IMG/VR virus record: IMGVR_UViG_3300009678_000131
Span: 1-25,428 of that record
Reading direction: 5' to 3' (one strand)
DNA length: 25,428 nucleotides
Origin: a virus
Taxonomy: Duplodnaviria > Caudoviricetes
The translations under genes were made by a program, and so were the position numbers. Below the pieces are notes generated by a model that was given only the letters and a program-made list of their open reading frames with translations, did no database searches and was not told the origin of the DNA. Shown here piece by piece: positions 9,363 through 17,623 of the stretch; the stretch's first letter is position 1, and the number at the start of each line of letters is the position of its first letter.

Positions 9363-9478
9363 TGAGAGTATGCTCGAATTGTAAGAAGCTAGGCGTAGTC
9401 GAAGTGAGGGGCTGAAAGGGTAAGAAGTATAGACGCTGCAAGTTTTGCGGCACAACCAAGGTGATTATACGAAGCTAG
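9359..9478 (+). pseudogene. Small CxxC…CxxC zinc-ribbon ORF interrupted by an in-frame TGA (pseudogene or readthrough)
   Basis: ATG overlaps the nozzle stop (ATGA). Translation is MMRVCSNCKKLGVVEVRG*KGKKYRRCKFCGTTKVIIRS*, with TGA at 9413-9415. Confidence 0.5.
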
Positions 9479-9894
9479 AACTAATACCATTCCGCGCCGC
9501 TCATTTATTCGACATCGTGCCCGATGCCGACGAGGAGCTTTACCGTATGGCATGGCGGGCGCAGGAAAGCGGAGTCGGCTACACCGTTTACCTGCACGGC
9601 ATGGCGATTGGCGCCGCAGGCTTGTCGGTGCAACGACCGGGCATAGGCGAGGCATGGACTTACTTCACCCCGTTACTCAGGCGCGTTTACCCGCTGACCA
9701 TGCACCGGCTGGTAAGGCAGTTACTCGACAAGCACTCGGCAAAGCTGGAAGAAGTCTACGCCGCTTGTAAACCCGAGAATGAGCGATGGCTTGTGGCGCT
9801 AGGCTTTAAGTATGTGAAACCAGACGAATGCAAATATCCCGAAGTGTTTAAGAAACTTACGCCGGATATGAAGCTAATGGTGAGGCAGACATGA
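9445..9894 (+). CDS. GNAT-fold-like protein in the T7 gp13 position; true start uncertain (TTG 9445 or ACG 9469)
   Basis: LIPFRAAHL…AIGAAGL…PGIGEAW…NERWLVALGFK pattern; lies between the nozzle and the first ejection protein. Confidence 0.7.
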   Translation: MRHNQGDYTKLELIPFRAAHLFDIVPDADEELYRMAWRAQESGVGYTVYLHGMAIGAAGLSVQRPGIGEAWTYFTPLLRRVYPLTMHRLVRQLLDKHSAKLEEVYAACKPENERWLVALGFKYVKPDECKYPEVFKKLTPDMKLMVRQT

Positions 9895-10508
9895 CTGGCA
9901 TATTGGAGTTTTTCGGCTATGAGGCTGGCGCTTCGGCAGCGGCTTCATCGGCTGCATCCTCGGCGGCTACTTCAGCAGCAACCATGGCGGCAGAGAACGC
10001 TGCACTGGCTCAAGCTGGCTCAACGGCGGGGTCAGTAACAGCGGCGGGGCAATCGGCAGCGGCAGCACAAACAGCAGGCATCACCGCAGGCCAGGCACTC
10101 CAATACGCCTACCAGGGCGCTACCCTACTCCAAGGCGTGAGCGGCTACGCTTCCGGCAATACCAACGCTGCCTATCTGAAAGAAGCTGGTAGGCAAGCCA
10201 AGATGGTAGGCGCCGCCAACAAGAACCTATCGGATGCCAGGGGGCGCGCTCAACTTGGCGAGATACGCGCACAGGTGGGAGCGCAGGGCACGACCTTCTC
10301 CGGCTCGCCCATGTTGGTCTATTTGGACAGCGTTAAAAACGCGGCTATCGAGTCGCAAATGGAATATTACAAAGGCGAGATAGGCGCCACCGGCTACAAA
10401 GAGCAGGCAAGGGTGGCAAGACGCGGCGGTGAATCTGACCTTTGGAGCGGCATTATCGGTGCGTCGGCACCGGCTATGAAAAGTCTAGGATCGAGGTTAC
10501 TCGCATGA
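9891..10508 (+). CDS. Small internal virion / DNA ejection protein (T7 gp14-like)
   Basis: Ala/Gly/Gln-rich, helical; RAQVGAQGTTFSGSPMLVYLDS motif; gene order; ATGA overlaps at both ends. Confidence 0.7.
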   Translation: MTGILEFFGYEAGASAAASSAASSAATSAATMAAENAALAQAGSTAGSVTAAGQSAAAAQTAGITAGQALQYAYQGATLLQGVSGYASGNTNAAYLKEAGRQAKMVGAANKNLSDARGRAQLGEIRAQVGAQGTTFSGSPMLVYLDSVKNAAIESQMEYYKGEIGATGYKEQARVARRGGESDLWSGIIGASAPAMKSLGSRLLA

Positions 10509-11221
10509 TTCAGTCTGCTTTCACTCCCGACTACTACGTCGGCACCGGCTTACTGACTGACTACGCCTTCACGTTTAGGATACTCAGGAAAGCCGACATA
10601 CTGGTACAGACCAAGACCAGCGGCGGCACCGTCACTGACTTGGTACTCGATACCGACTACACCATTGCCAACGCCTATGTGAATAACCCGGCGGGCGGGC
10701 AGCTAGTCCTGGCGACAGCCTTGGAAAGCGGCACGGAGTTGTTTCTCACCCGGCAGACCGCCTTGACTCAGCTAGTCCATCTCGAAGAAGGGGCGCCGAT
10801 ACCATCATCGGTATTCGAGGAAGTATTCGACCGGCTTACCATGATGGCCCAGGAATTGACGTACTTAGCGCGTAAGGCGCTTCACTTCCCGACGACTTCA
10901 ACCGTGGTCGACATCACTGTGGAAGACCCCGAGGCTGGACAGATACTCAGGTGGAATACCGCTGAAACCATGGTCACAAACGTCTTGGCTTCAGCCTTGG
11001 CAATAACTCATACCGTGGTCGATGTGGTCTTAGCGCCGGCTGATATTTCAGCGGTGGTGACGCATGGACTCAATGACAGTAACGCCAAGATTATCGGTTT
11101 TAGCTCGACGTTTCACACGGCGTTTAAGGTGGTCAGTCAAACGGCCAATGACATTACCGTTGGCTTGACCGACGAGGCGCCGGCGGCTGGCGGTACTCTG
11201 ACCTTTGAGGTTGCAATCTAG
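10505..11221 (+). CDS. Short tail-fibre anchor/adaptor (T7 gp17 N-terminal-like domain plus a small C-terminal beta domain), 238 aa
   Basis: YVGTG…YAFTFRIL…LVLDTDYTI…LFLTRQTALTQ…EEVFDRLTMMAQEL is the typical podovirus fibre N-terminal anchor. ATG at 10505 overlaps the previous stop. Confidence 0.8.
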   Translation: MIQSAFTPDYYVGTGLLTDYAFTFRILRKADILVQTKTSGGTVTDLVLDTDYTIANAYVNNPAGGQLVLATALESGTELFLTRQTALTQLVHLEEGAPIPSSVFEEVFDRLTMMAQELTYLARKALHFPTTSTVVDITVEDPEAGQILRWNTAETMVTNVLASALAITHTVVDVVLAPADISAVVTHGLNDSNAKIIGFSSTFHTAFKVVSQTANDITVGLTDEAPAAGGTLTFEVAI

Positions 11222-11227
11222 GGAGGA
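11222..11227 (+). promoter_or_regulatory. Strong Shine-Dalgarno GGAGGA, 7 nt upstream of an in-frame ATC (11235)
   Basis: Sequence TAG GGAGGA TACGGTC ATC GCC GAT CTA CCG AGA ATT. Confidence 0.6.
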
Positions 11228-11234
11228 TACGGTC

Positions 11235-13076
11235 ATCGCCGATCTACCGAGAATTTACGCGACTCCTAATATCCCGTTCTCCGGGCCGATGGCTAGGACT
11301 ACGCCGGATGACTTCGGCGCGGGGGTGTGGGGTACGCTTGCCCGCGTCACCGAAGGGATGCGCCAGAAGCAGCTACCGATTGAAGCGGCACAGATGGAGT
11401 CGCAGTACAACATCGCCGTAAACGACTTGAAGAATAAAGTCATGGCGGAGAATGCCGACCCGCTTACCTGGCGCTCCACATTTCAAGCCGAAGAAGCGGC
11501 GCTGCGCAAGCAGATGTCCGATGGTATCCAAGACAAGGAAATTCAAAGCGTCTTTAACTTCCAGTCGGCGCGTAGCTACGACAACCATATCATCGACATC
11601 AGCACAGCGGGAATAAAGGCAAGCCATAACCGCCAACAGATAGGCGTCAAGGCAGAGTTGAAAGACATCGCCATACAGTACGGCGGGGCGCAGACCAATA
11701 AAGAGCAAGCCGAGTTGATGGCGAAGGCTAGCGGTCTGCTGTTAAGCGCGTCGACTCCGCTCGATGCCGGCGGGCAGCCTATCCCGTCCACTTACACACG
11801 TGAGGAAGCGGTGGCGATGCACCAGGAGTTTTTAAGGGATGCCGACAAAGAGCGGGTAAGCTGGATGGCTGAGCGCACGCCGGCGCAACTTATTGAGGCT
11901 CTTAAAGACCCCAAGCAATTCCCGACACTAGACGCCTCGGCGCGTAACACTGCCAGGGGAAGGGCGCAAGAGTCAATGAACTTGATGCGCATTGGCGCGG
12001 AGCGGGCGGAACAGCAGCGCATTGACAATCTCAACAGGGACATCATCGTTGCCAGCGCGGCGGATAACGTCAACCTGTTTGCCTTGCGCGAGACGGTATT
12101 CAAGAACGCCGGGGCGTTAGACTTCAAGTCACTTAACCATTGGAAAACCGTATTCGACTCGGCAATTAAGGCGCAGCAGAGCGGCGAGGACTCGCCATTC
12201 TTCAAGTCTCAAGGCGACGTGCTTGCCCATGTAATGAAGGGTGTCTTGGAGGCACCGGAGAAGTGGAGCACCACGGATATTACTCAGTATATTGGCAGGG
12301 GATTATCGGCAAAGGATGCCGAGTCTATTGAGGGGTTGCGCGAGCGGCGGTTAAAAGAAGGCGGCGATGGTCGCATGACGCCAATGGCGCAAGCGCGGTC
12401 ATCATGGGATGAGCAGCGCAAAATGGGCGCGTTTCTCAATGCCGAGGAATTAGTAATCTTTAGAAACAAGGACAAGGACCAGATAGGTCAAGCGGCGATG
12501 GTTGCCGAGAATGACCGGCGAGCGCAAGCTGTACTAGATAGAATGGTACTGGCAGAGAAGAACAAAATAGACCCGCGCAAAGCGTTACAGACCGAGATGC
12601 AGCCGTTTTACAATGAGACTGTCACGACATGGGGACAGAGATGGATGCCGTTTAGTGGTGTTGGTATGTTCGAGTACACCCGACCCAAGACACCGCAAGA
12701 GATACGCGATGCGCAAGGCCGCGCATTCACCGGTCAAGACCCCACCAAGCCAGGACCACCTGGGCCGGGGGCTAAGACGCTTACCGTTCCCGACTTGGCC
12801 GTCTTGGTGCCGAAGGTCAAGCAGTTTTTTAAGTCTACGTTCAATAAGGAGTTGCCGGTAAGCGCACAAGGGCAGAGCGGCACGCACGACAAATTGAAAT
12901 TCGACCATACGCGCTCAATGGATGTTTCCCTAAGTCCAACGACTAAAGAGGGCCAGGTACTAATGGCATGGCTCGACACTCAAGGGATACCGTTCATTGC
13001 ATACGATAGGGCGGTGCCTGGGCAATCCACCGGACCGCATATTCATATCGGTAATCCGTCGCCACGGGCAAGGTAA
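11235..13076 (+). CDS. Internal virion / ejection protein (gp15-like) with a C-terminal putative Zn-metallopeptidase domain; start uncertain (ATC 11235, TTG 11205 or ATG 11289)
   Basis: LPRIY N-terminus, a helical Ala/Gln/Glu-rich body, a Pro/Gly linker, then …GTH…DHTRSMDV…STGPHIHIG. Confidence 0.7.
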   Translation: MADLPRIYATPNIPFSGPMARTTPDDFGAGVWGTLARVTEGMRQKQLPIEAAQMESQYNIAVNDLKNKVMAENADPLTWRSTFQAEEAALRKQMSDGIQDKEIQSVFNFQSARSYDNHIIDISTAGIKASHNRQQIGVKAELKDIAIQYGGAQTNKEQAELMAKASGLLLSASTPLDAGGQPIPSTYTREEAVAMHQEFLRDADKERVSWMAERTPAQLIEALKDPKQFPTLDASARNTARGRAQESMNLMRIGAERAEQQRIDNLNRDIIVASAADNVNLFALRETVFKNAGALDFKSLNHWKTVFDSAIKAQQSGEDSPFFKSQGDVLAHVMKGVLEAPEKWSTTDITQYIGRGLSAKDAESIEGLRERRLKEGGDGRMTPMAQARSSWDEQRKMGAFLNAEELVIFRNKDKDQIGQAAMVAENDRRAQAVLDRMVLAEKNKIDPRKALQTEMQPFYNETVTTWGQRWMPFSGVGMFEYTRPKTPQEIRDAQGRAFTGQDPTKPGPPGPGAKTLTVPDLAVLVPKVKQFFKSTFNKELPVSAQGQSGTHDKLKFDHTRSMDVSLSPTTKEGQVLMAWLDTQGIPFIAYDRAVPGQSTGPHIHIGNPSPRAR

Positions 13077-16000
13077 TGGAAAACACGCCTTTACAACAAA
13101 TTGACCTAAGCACCGTCTTTAACGACGGCGACAGTAATCCTAGCGCATGGACCGGGCAGCGTGCGCAACCGCGTTTCCCTATTCTTGAGATGAATCAACC
13201 ATCGCCAGCAGTCGACGCGCCGCCGATGGTGTTGGGCGATTGGGAGAAAATCAAGAGAGCGAAGGCTATATCAGCGACATTCGACCTCCCGTTTGGCATG
13301 GCCTATGACGGTGAGGAAACATTCACCGCCGAGTTGAACAAGCAGAATCCAAGTTGGACCAGCGAGATAGGCAAGTCCATTATGCGCAGCACCGGGAACC
13401 AGTATACAAATCTCGGTCATGCGATGGAGTTGATAGGCTACAGCAAAGAGCAAGCCGATGTATACCGTATCTACGGGCGCCAGCTTGCCAACTCCTATAA
13501 TCCAACAGTGGCGGTGAACGATGTTACATGGAAGCGTTTCATATCGCCGGAATGGTTATCGACGGTAGCCGTCGAGGGTGTCACATCGTCATTATCGCTT
13601 GTACCAGCAGCCATTGTTGCCGGGTATGCAGGCTTAACCACTGCCGGTGCCTTGGGTTTGGGGATGTTTGGCAAAATAGTGTTGACGGGGTTATTCGGCG
13701 GTCTAATTACGGGACCGATTGAAGCAGCTTTCGAGGCGGGTCAGACCGTGGAGGAAGCGCGGCGCAAGGGACTACCGGAAGATGAAGTGCAGCGCCAGGC
13801 TGAATATGTTTTCAACAACAACTTGAAACTACTTATCGGTTCAAACGCCGCGCAAATCGGTGCAATGATAACGCCGATGGGCAAGATGATAAGCGCGGTT
13901 GCCCCGACCGTCATGGCGCAAAGGATAGCAGCATCCTCGATAGTCCGTAGCGCGTTAGGCGCGGCAAAGATAGGCGCAGCTGGAGCTATTGAACCGGGTG
14001 AAGAAGCCACGCAGACAGCCTTTCAACAGGTCGCCGCCGAGGGTGGCACGGTCATGGACAAGCTGAGGCGTTTCAACCCGGAGATGCAGGACGCGGTAGT
14101 GCTGGCAACCGTCATGGGCTTAGGAATGCAGGGCGCCGGCAGCGTGTTTACCGGCGTGACCGATAGGGTTGTCGACACCATGAAGGAAGGATTACGCGCC
14201 GAGTATGACGCGCAGGTGCAAGCCGGGTTGACTGCCGGCATGGATGAGCATGATGCTACGGTCAGTGCGTTAGACACCATCGCCGCCACACCCGAGGGCG
14301 AAGCGCATATAGACCAAGTGACCAAGGAAATGAAAGACTTGGCCGAGGGCAAGCCACCGCCGCAACCGACACAAGAGGAAATTCAAAAAGCGGTAGACGA
14401 CTACATTGCCGAGCAAGAAGATGTTGCCGACATTATCCCGCAGGGCGATATTGACGCGCTGGTAAACGAGCAGACCATGGAGGCGGTTGCCAGCGGTGCC
14501 ACTTCGGTTGATGAGTTACTAAGCGATGAGCCGACGATAACGGTAGAGGAAACGGCACCAGTACAAAACTTCATTATCTCCGAAGAAACCTACCAAGCCG
14601 CATTGGCATCCCTCAAGGAAAAGACTACCGGCTTACACGCTGGCGTTGATCCATTTGTATTGGGCGACCTTGTAAAGATAGGCGCATATCATATCGAGCG
14701 CGGCATCCGCACTTTTGCCGAGTGGTCCAATGCCATGATTGACCGCTTCGGTGAGTGGGTTAAGCCTCACCTAGATAACATATGGAACCAGTCTATCGAC
14801 ATGGTGGGCGCCGGTATACCGTCCGGTGTCGACCTGGGCGAAGAAGCATTGGCGGAGACAAAGGCAGTCGAAGGCGCCAAGATGCCGGCCAAGGATGTCA
14901 AGGCGCAGGTCAGACTCACCACCGGGCAGAAGCGCATTGTCAAAACTATCCGTGAGGACGAGGCGTTGCACGGCGCAATGAAGATGGCAGAGCGCATGGC
15001 TAAAGAAGCCTATGCCGCGGGTAACAAAGATGGCGTCAAGGCGGCGATGGCTGACATGCAAGAGATTGTCATCAAGGCCAAGGTGAAAGCCGAAGGGTTT
15101 GGTTTTAGAGAAGGATTCAAGCTAGGCGAGCGTTTGACTAACCGCGAGTTGACGGTTGCCTATAAAGCCAAGGAAGAAGAACGGCTTGCCACCGCCAAGG
15201 CTCTTATCAAGATGATCCATGAGTCCGATATTCCCGCCACCATGAAGGGCAAGTATCTCGAAGCGTTGGCCGGCAAACTCACCCATAAGCGCGTCAACGA
15301 CATCATGGACCGTATCAACGCGGCTAGTGAACTCGCTACCCGCCAGGAAATAGTCGACGACTTGGTTAACTTTAAGTCGCACATGGGGAGAATAGACGTT
15401 GACTACCAAAAGCGCATCACCGAGTTACTAGAGGACATCAACCTAAAGAAGATAGGGCCAAAGACCCGCGAGCGGTTGTTATCGCTGGCGGCATTCGCTG
15501 AGAGAAACGGGATGCCGTCCGGTGTGAGTCCGAAGATGCTGGCCGACATTGAACGGCTGGAGATGCGCCAGCCCGAGGATATGAGTATCCAGGACTTGAA
15601 AGACTTGCGCGACATGGCCGAGCATCTATTCGAGCTAGGCAAACTCAAGCGTAAGTTATGGACCAAGTATAACCAACGTATGCGCGAGAAGGCGATAGCC
15701 GAAGCCGTGGCATCGACTCACAACCTTGACGCCGCCACCTCCGGCAAAGAGGGCATGTGGCAAGCGACCAAGGGCGGGATGCTGACAGGCTATTTGAATA
15801 TTTTGTCGCCAATGCGTGTTGGTAGGCTTGTCGACGGCTCTAAAGCCGAACGGGGTTGGAACTATCTGGCAGTCAGGCAAATGGTGGCGAAGGCAACCGA
15901 GGCGGAATGGCAGCACCATGCGCGTCTTGCTGAAGTCATGGAAGAAGCCGACCGTCTAGGTTTTAAGACCATGGACTTGAGCGATGAGAACCTTGGCAGG

Positions 16001-17623
16001 ATAGTCGCCAATATCCGTATCCTCGAAGGCTCGCCTATGGCAGCGCAAACTATTATGGAAAGGTTTGGCTGGACCTCGTTGGCGCCACTGACACAGCAGG
16101 AAATGCGCTTAGTCGAAGCGTTGGAGAAAAGCACCAACGAGCGTGTCGCGGAAGTGGCGGCATTATGGGAAGAACGCCACAACGTGCCATTCGTCAAACG
16201 AGACCGCTATATCCTACCGCTGTATTACGAGGGTGAGTTCAACACCGGCATCGAGGACGTAGCCGACCCGCACGAGAAAACCAACGTGCCGCAGGGCTTC
16301 GGCATTGAGCGCGTCGAGGGTGTGACCAAGCCCCCGCGCATTGACCTATGGAGTATGTTGGAGCAGGCGCTCGCCGAGCAAGAATGGTTCTTGGAAGTCC
16401 AGCCGGAAATAGACAACATCAAGCGTGTGGTAAAGTCCAAGGAATACGTTGCCCAAGCCGGGCAATCGGTGTCGACTTGGTGGACCGCTTATCTGGATAT
16501 TGTTGCGCGTCATGGCATCTCGGCTGGTGCGGCGGCATCGCGGCGTAGTATGCCGGGAGTCCATCAGTTTCTAAAGGGCGCCCGCAACAACATGACGACC
16601 GGCGTGCTAGGGCTTCGCCCATCGACTATCCTTGTCCAGCCGTTGGCGCTATTTCAAACCTTAGCTTATATGAGCGCGGAGTATGGACCGGCAACAGCGG
16701 GCGAAGCATTGTCCGAGTTCGCTAAAACCTGGGTGTCGACAAGTCACTTCAACAAAATAGTCGAAGCCTCTCACTCCCTGCAAATGCGGGCTGGCGGCGA
16801 AGTCGCCTTGGCTGAGTTGCTGCAAGATTCACCCGCCACTACCAGACTCAACAAGTTCAAACGGGCGGCGATGAAGTTAATACAAAAGCCGGACATGCGA
16901 ACCACCGCCGGCACGCAACAAGCAATCGAGAACATTCTCAATAAACGCGGCGTTGAAAACGCTCACCTAGAAGCTGAAACCGTTACCTTGATGGTAGCCG
17001 CAAGTTCCGATGTGGCATCCCGACCGCTGATATTCTCCCGCGGCGAGACGGCGAAAACCTTCCTGACGTTCCAGACATTTATGGTCAACAGCTTTGGCTT
17101 AACAACTTACGATATTGTCAAACGTGGTGTCATTGACGGCACGGCGAAGAAGAAGATAGGCGCATTGATAGCCGTTGGCTTTCTCATTGCCGGTAGAGCG
17201 TCGGATAATGAAGTAAGAGAGTTTCTTTACGAGCTAACATTCAGGCGTAACCGTCAGGAAAACCGCTGGCCGGGTTGGGTGAAAGCCATATTCGGGCTGG
17301 CATCCGACGTGCCATTCTTCGGCAATGTCTTTAATATAGTGGCCGCTCACGGCGGCAGTTCGGAGATACCAATTCAGAAGATGCTAAACGACACCATCCG
17401 GGACAGCATCGGCGCGTTGGGCGCCTATACCAAGGCGCCGGGTACCCAGGAGTTATCGGCAGAGGAAAAGCGGCGTAAGCTGGCACAAGCGGCATTCCAA
17501 GCCGTCAAGGTAGGTGCGGTTATTGGCAAGGGTATTCCCGGCACGGCATTCGGACTCGATACTCTTGAGGGTGTTATGTTTCCCGCTAAGGAAAAGAGCG
17601 GCAGAGGGGAAAGAAGACGATGA
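13076..17623 (+). CDS. Large internal virion / ejection protein (gp16-like), 1515 aa
   Basis: Size, gene order and helical composition; Gly/Ala hydrophobic segments near the N-terminus and TFLTFQTF…IGALIAVGFLIAG near the C-terminus; TAATG/ATGA coupling. Confidence 0.75.
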   Translation: MENTPLQQIDLSTVFNDGDSNPSAWTGQRAQPRFPILEMNQPSPAVDAPPMVLGDWEKIKRAKAISATFDLPFGMAYDGEETFTAELNKQNPSWTSEIGKSIMRSTGNQYTNLGHAMELIGYSKEQADVYRIYGRQLANSYNPTVAVNDVTWKRFISPEWLSTVAVEGVTSSLSLVPAAIVAGYAGLTTAGALGLGMFGKIVLTGLFGGLITGPIEAAFEAGQTVEEARRKGLPEDEVQRQAEYVFNNNLKLLIGSNAAQIGAMITPMGKMISAVAPTVMAQRIAASSIVRSALGAAKIGAAGAIEPGEEATQTAFQQVAAEGGTVMDKLRRFNPEMQDAVVLATVMGLGMQGAGSVFTGVTDRVVDTMKEGLRAEYDAQVQAGLTAGMDEHDATVSALDTIAATPEGEAHIDQVTKEMKDLAEGKPPPQPTQEEIQKAVDDYIAEQEDVADIIPQGDIDALVNEQTMEAVASGATSVDELLSDEPTITVEETAPVQNFIISEETYQAALASLKEKTTGLHAGVDPFVLGDLVKIGAYHIERGIRTFAEWSNAMIDRFGEWVKPHLDNIWNQSIDMVGAGIPSGVDLGEEALAETKAVEGAKMPAKDVKAQVRLTTGQKRIVKTIREDEALHGAMKMAERMAKEAYAAGNKDGVKAAMADMQEIVIKAKVKAEGFGFREGFKLGERLTNRELTVAYKAKEEERLATAKALIKMIHESDIPATMKGKYLEALAGKLTHKRVNDIMDRINAASELATRQEIVDDLVNFKSHMGRIDVDYQKRITELLEDINLKKIGPKTRERLLSLAAFAERNGMPSGVSPKMLADIERLEMRQPEDMSIQDLKDLRDMAEHLFELGKLKRKLWTKYNQRMREKAIAEAVASTHNLDAATSGKEGMWQATKGGMLTGYLNILSPMRVGRLVDGSKAERGWNYLAVRQMVAKATEAEWQHHARLAEVMEEADRLGFKTMDLSDENLGRIVANIRILEGSPMAAQTIMERFGWTSLAPLTQQEMRLVEALEKSTNERVAEVAALWEERHNVPFVKRDRYILPLYYEGEFNTGIEDVADPHEKTNVPQGFGIERVEGVTKPPRIDLWSMLEQALAEQEWFLEVQPEIDNIKRVVKSKEYVAQAGQSVSTWWTAYLDIVARHGISAGAAASRRSMPGVHQFLKGARNNMTTGVLGLRPSTILVQPLALFQTLAYMSAEYGPATAGEALSEFAKTWVSTSHFNKIVEASHSLQMRAGGEVALAELLQDSPATTRLNKFKRAAMKLIQKPDMRTTAGTQQAIENILNKRGVENAHLEAETVTLMVAASSDVASRPLIFSRGETAKTFLTFQTFMVNSFGLTTYDIVKRGVIDGTAKKKIGALIAVGFLIAGRASDNEVREFLYELTFRRNRQENRWPGWVKAIFGLASDVPFFGNVFNIVAAHGGSSEIPIQKMLNDTIRDSIGALGAYTKAPGTQELSAEEKRRKLAQAAFQAVKVGAVIGKGIPGTAFGLDTLEGVMFPAKEKSGRGERRR

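Noticed and set aside
10442-10504. Longer N-terminus for the fibre-anchor ORF given by the ORF track
   Set aside because: It overlaps the upstream gene by 67 bp. The ATG at 10505 gives a standard ATGA overlap and the expected anchor N-terminus.
12752-12772. Collagen-like repeat (GPPGPG)
   Set aside because: Only about two triplets; better explained as a linker.
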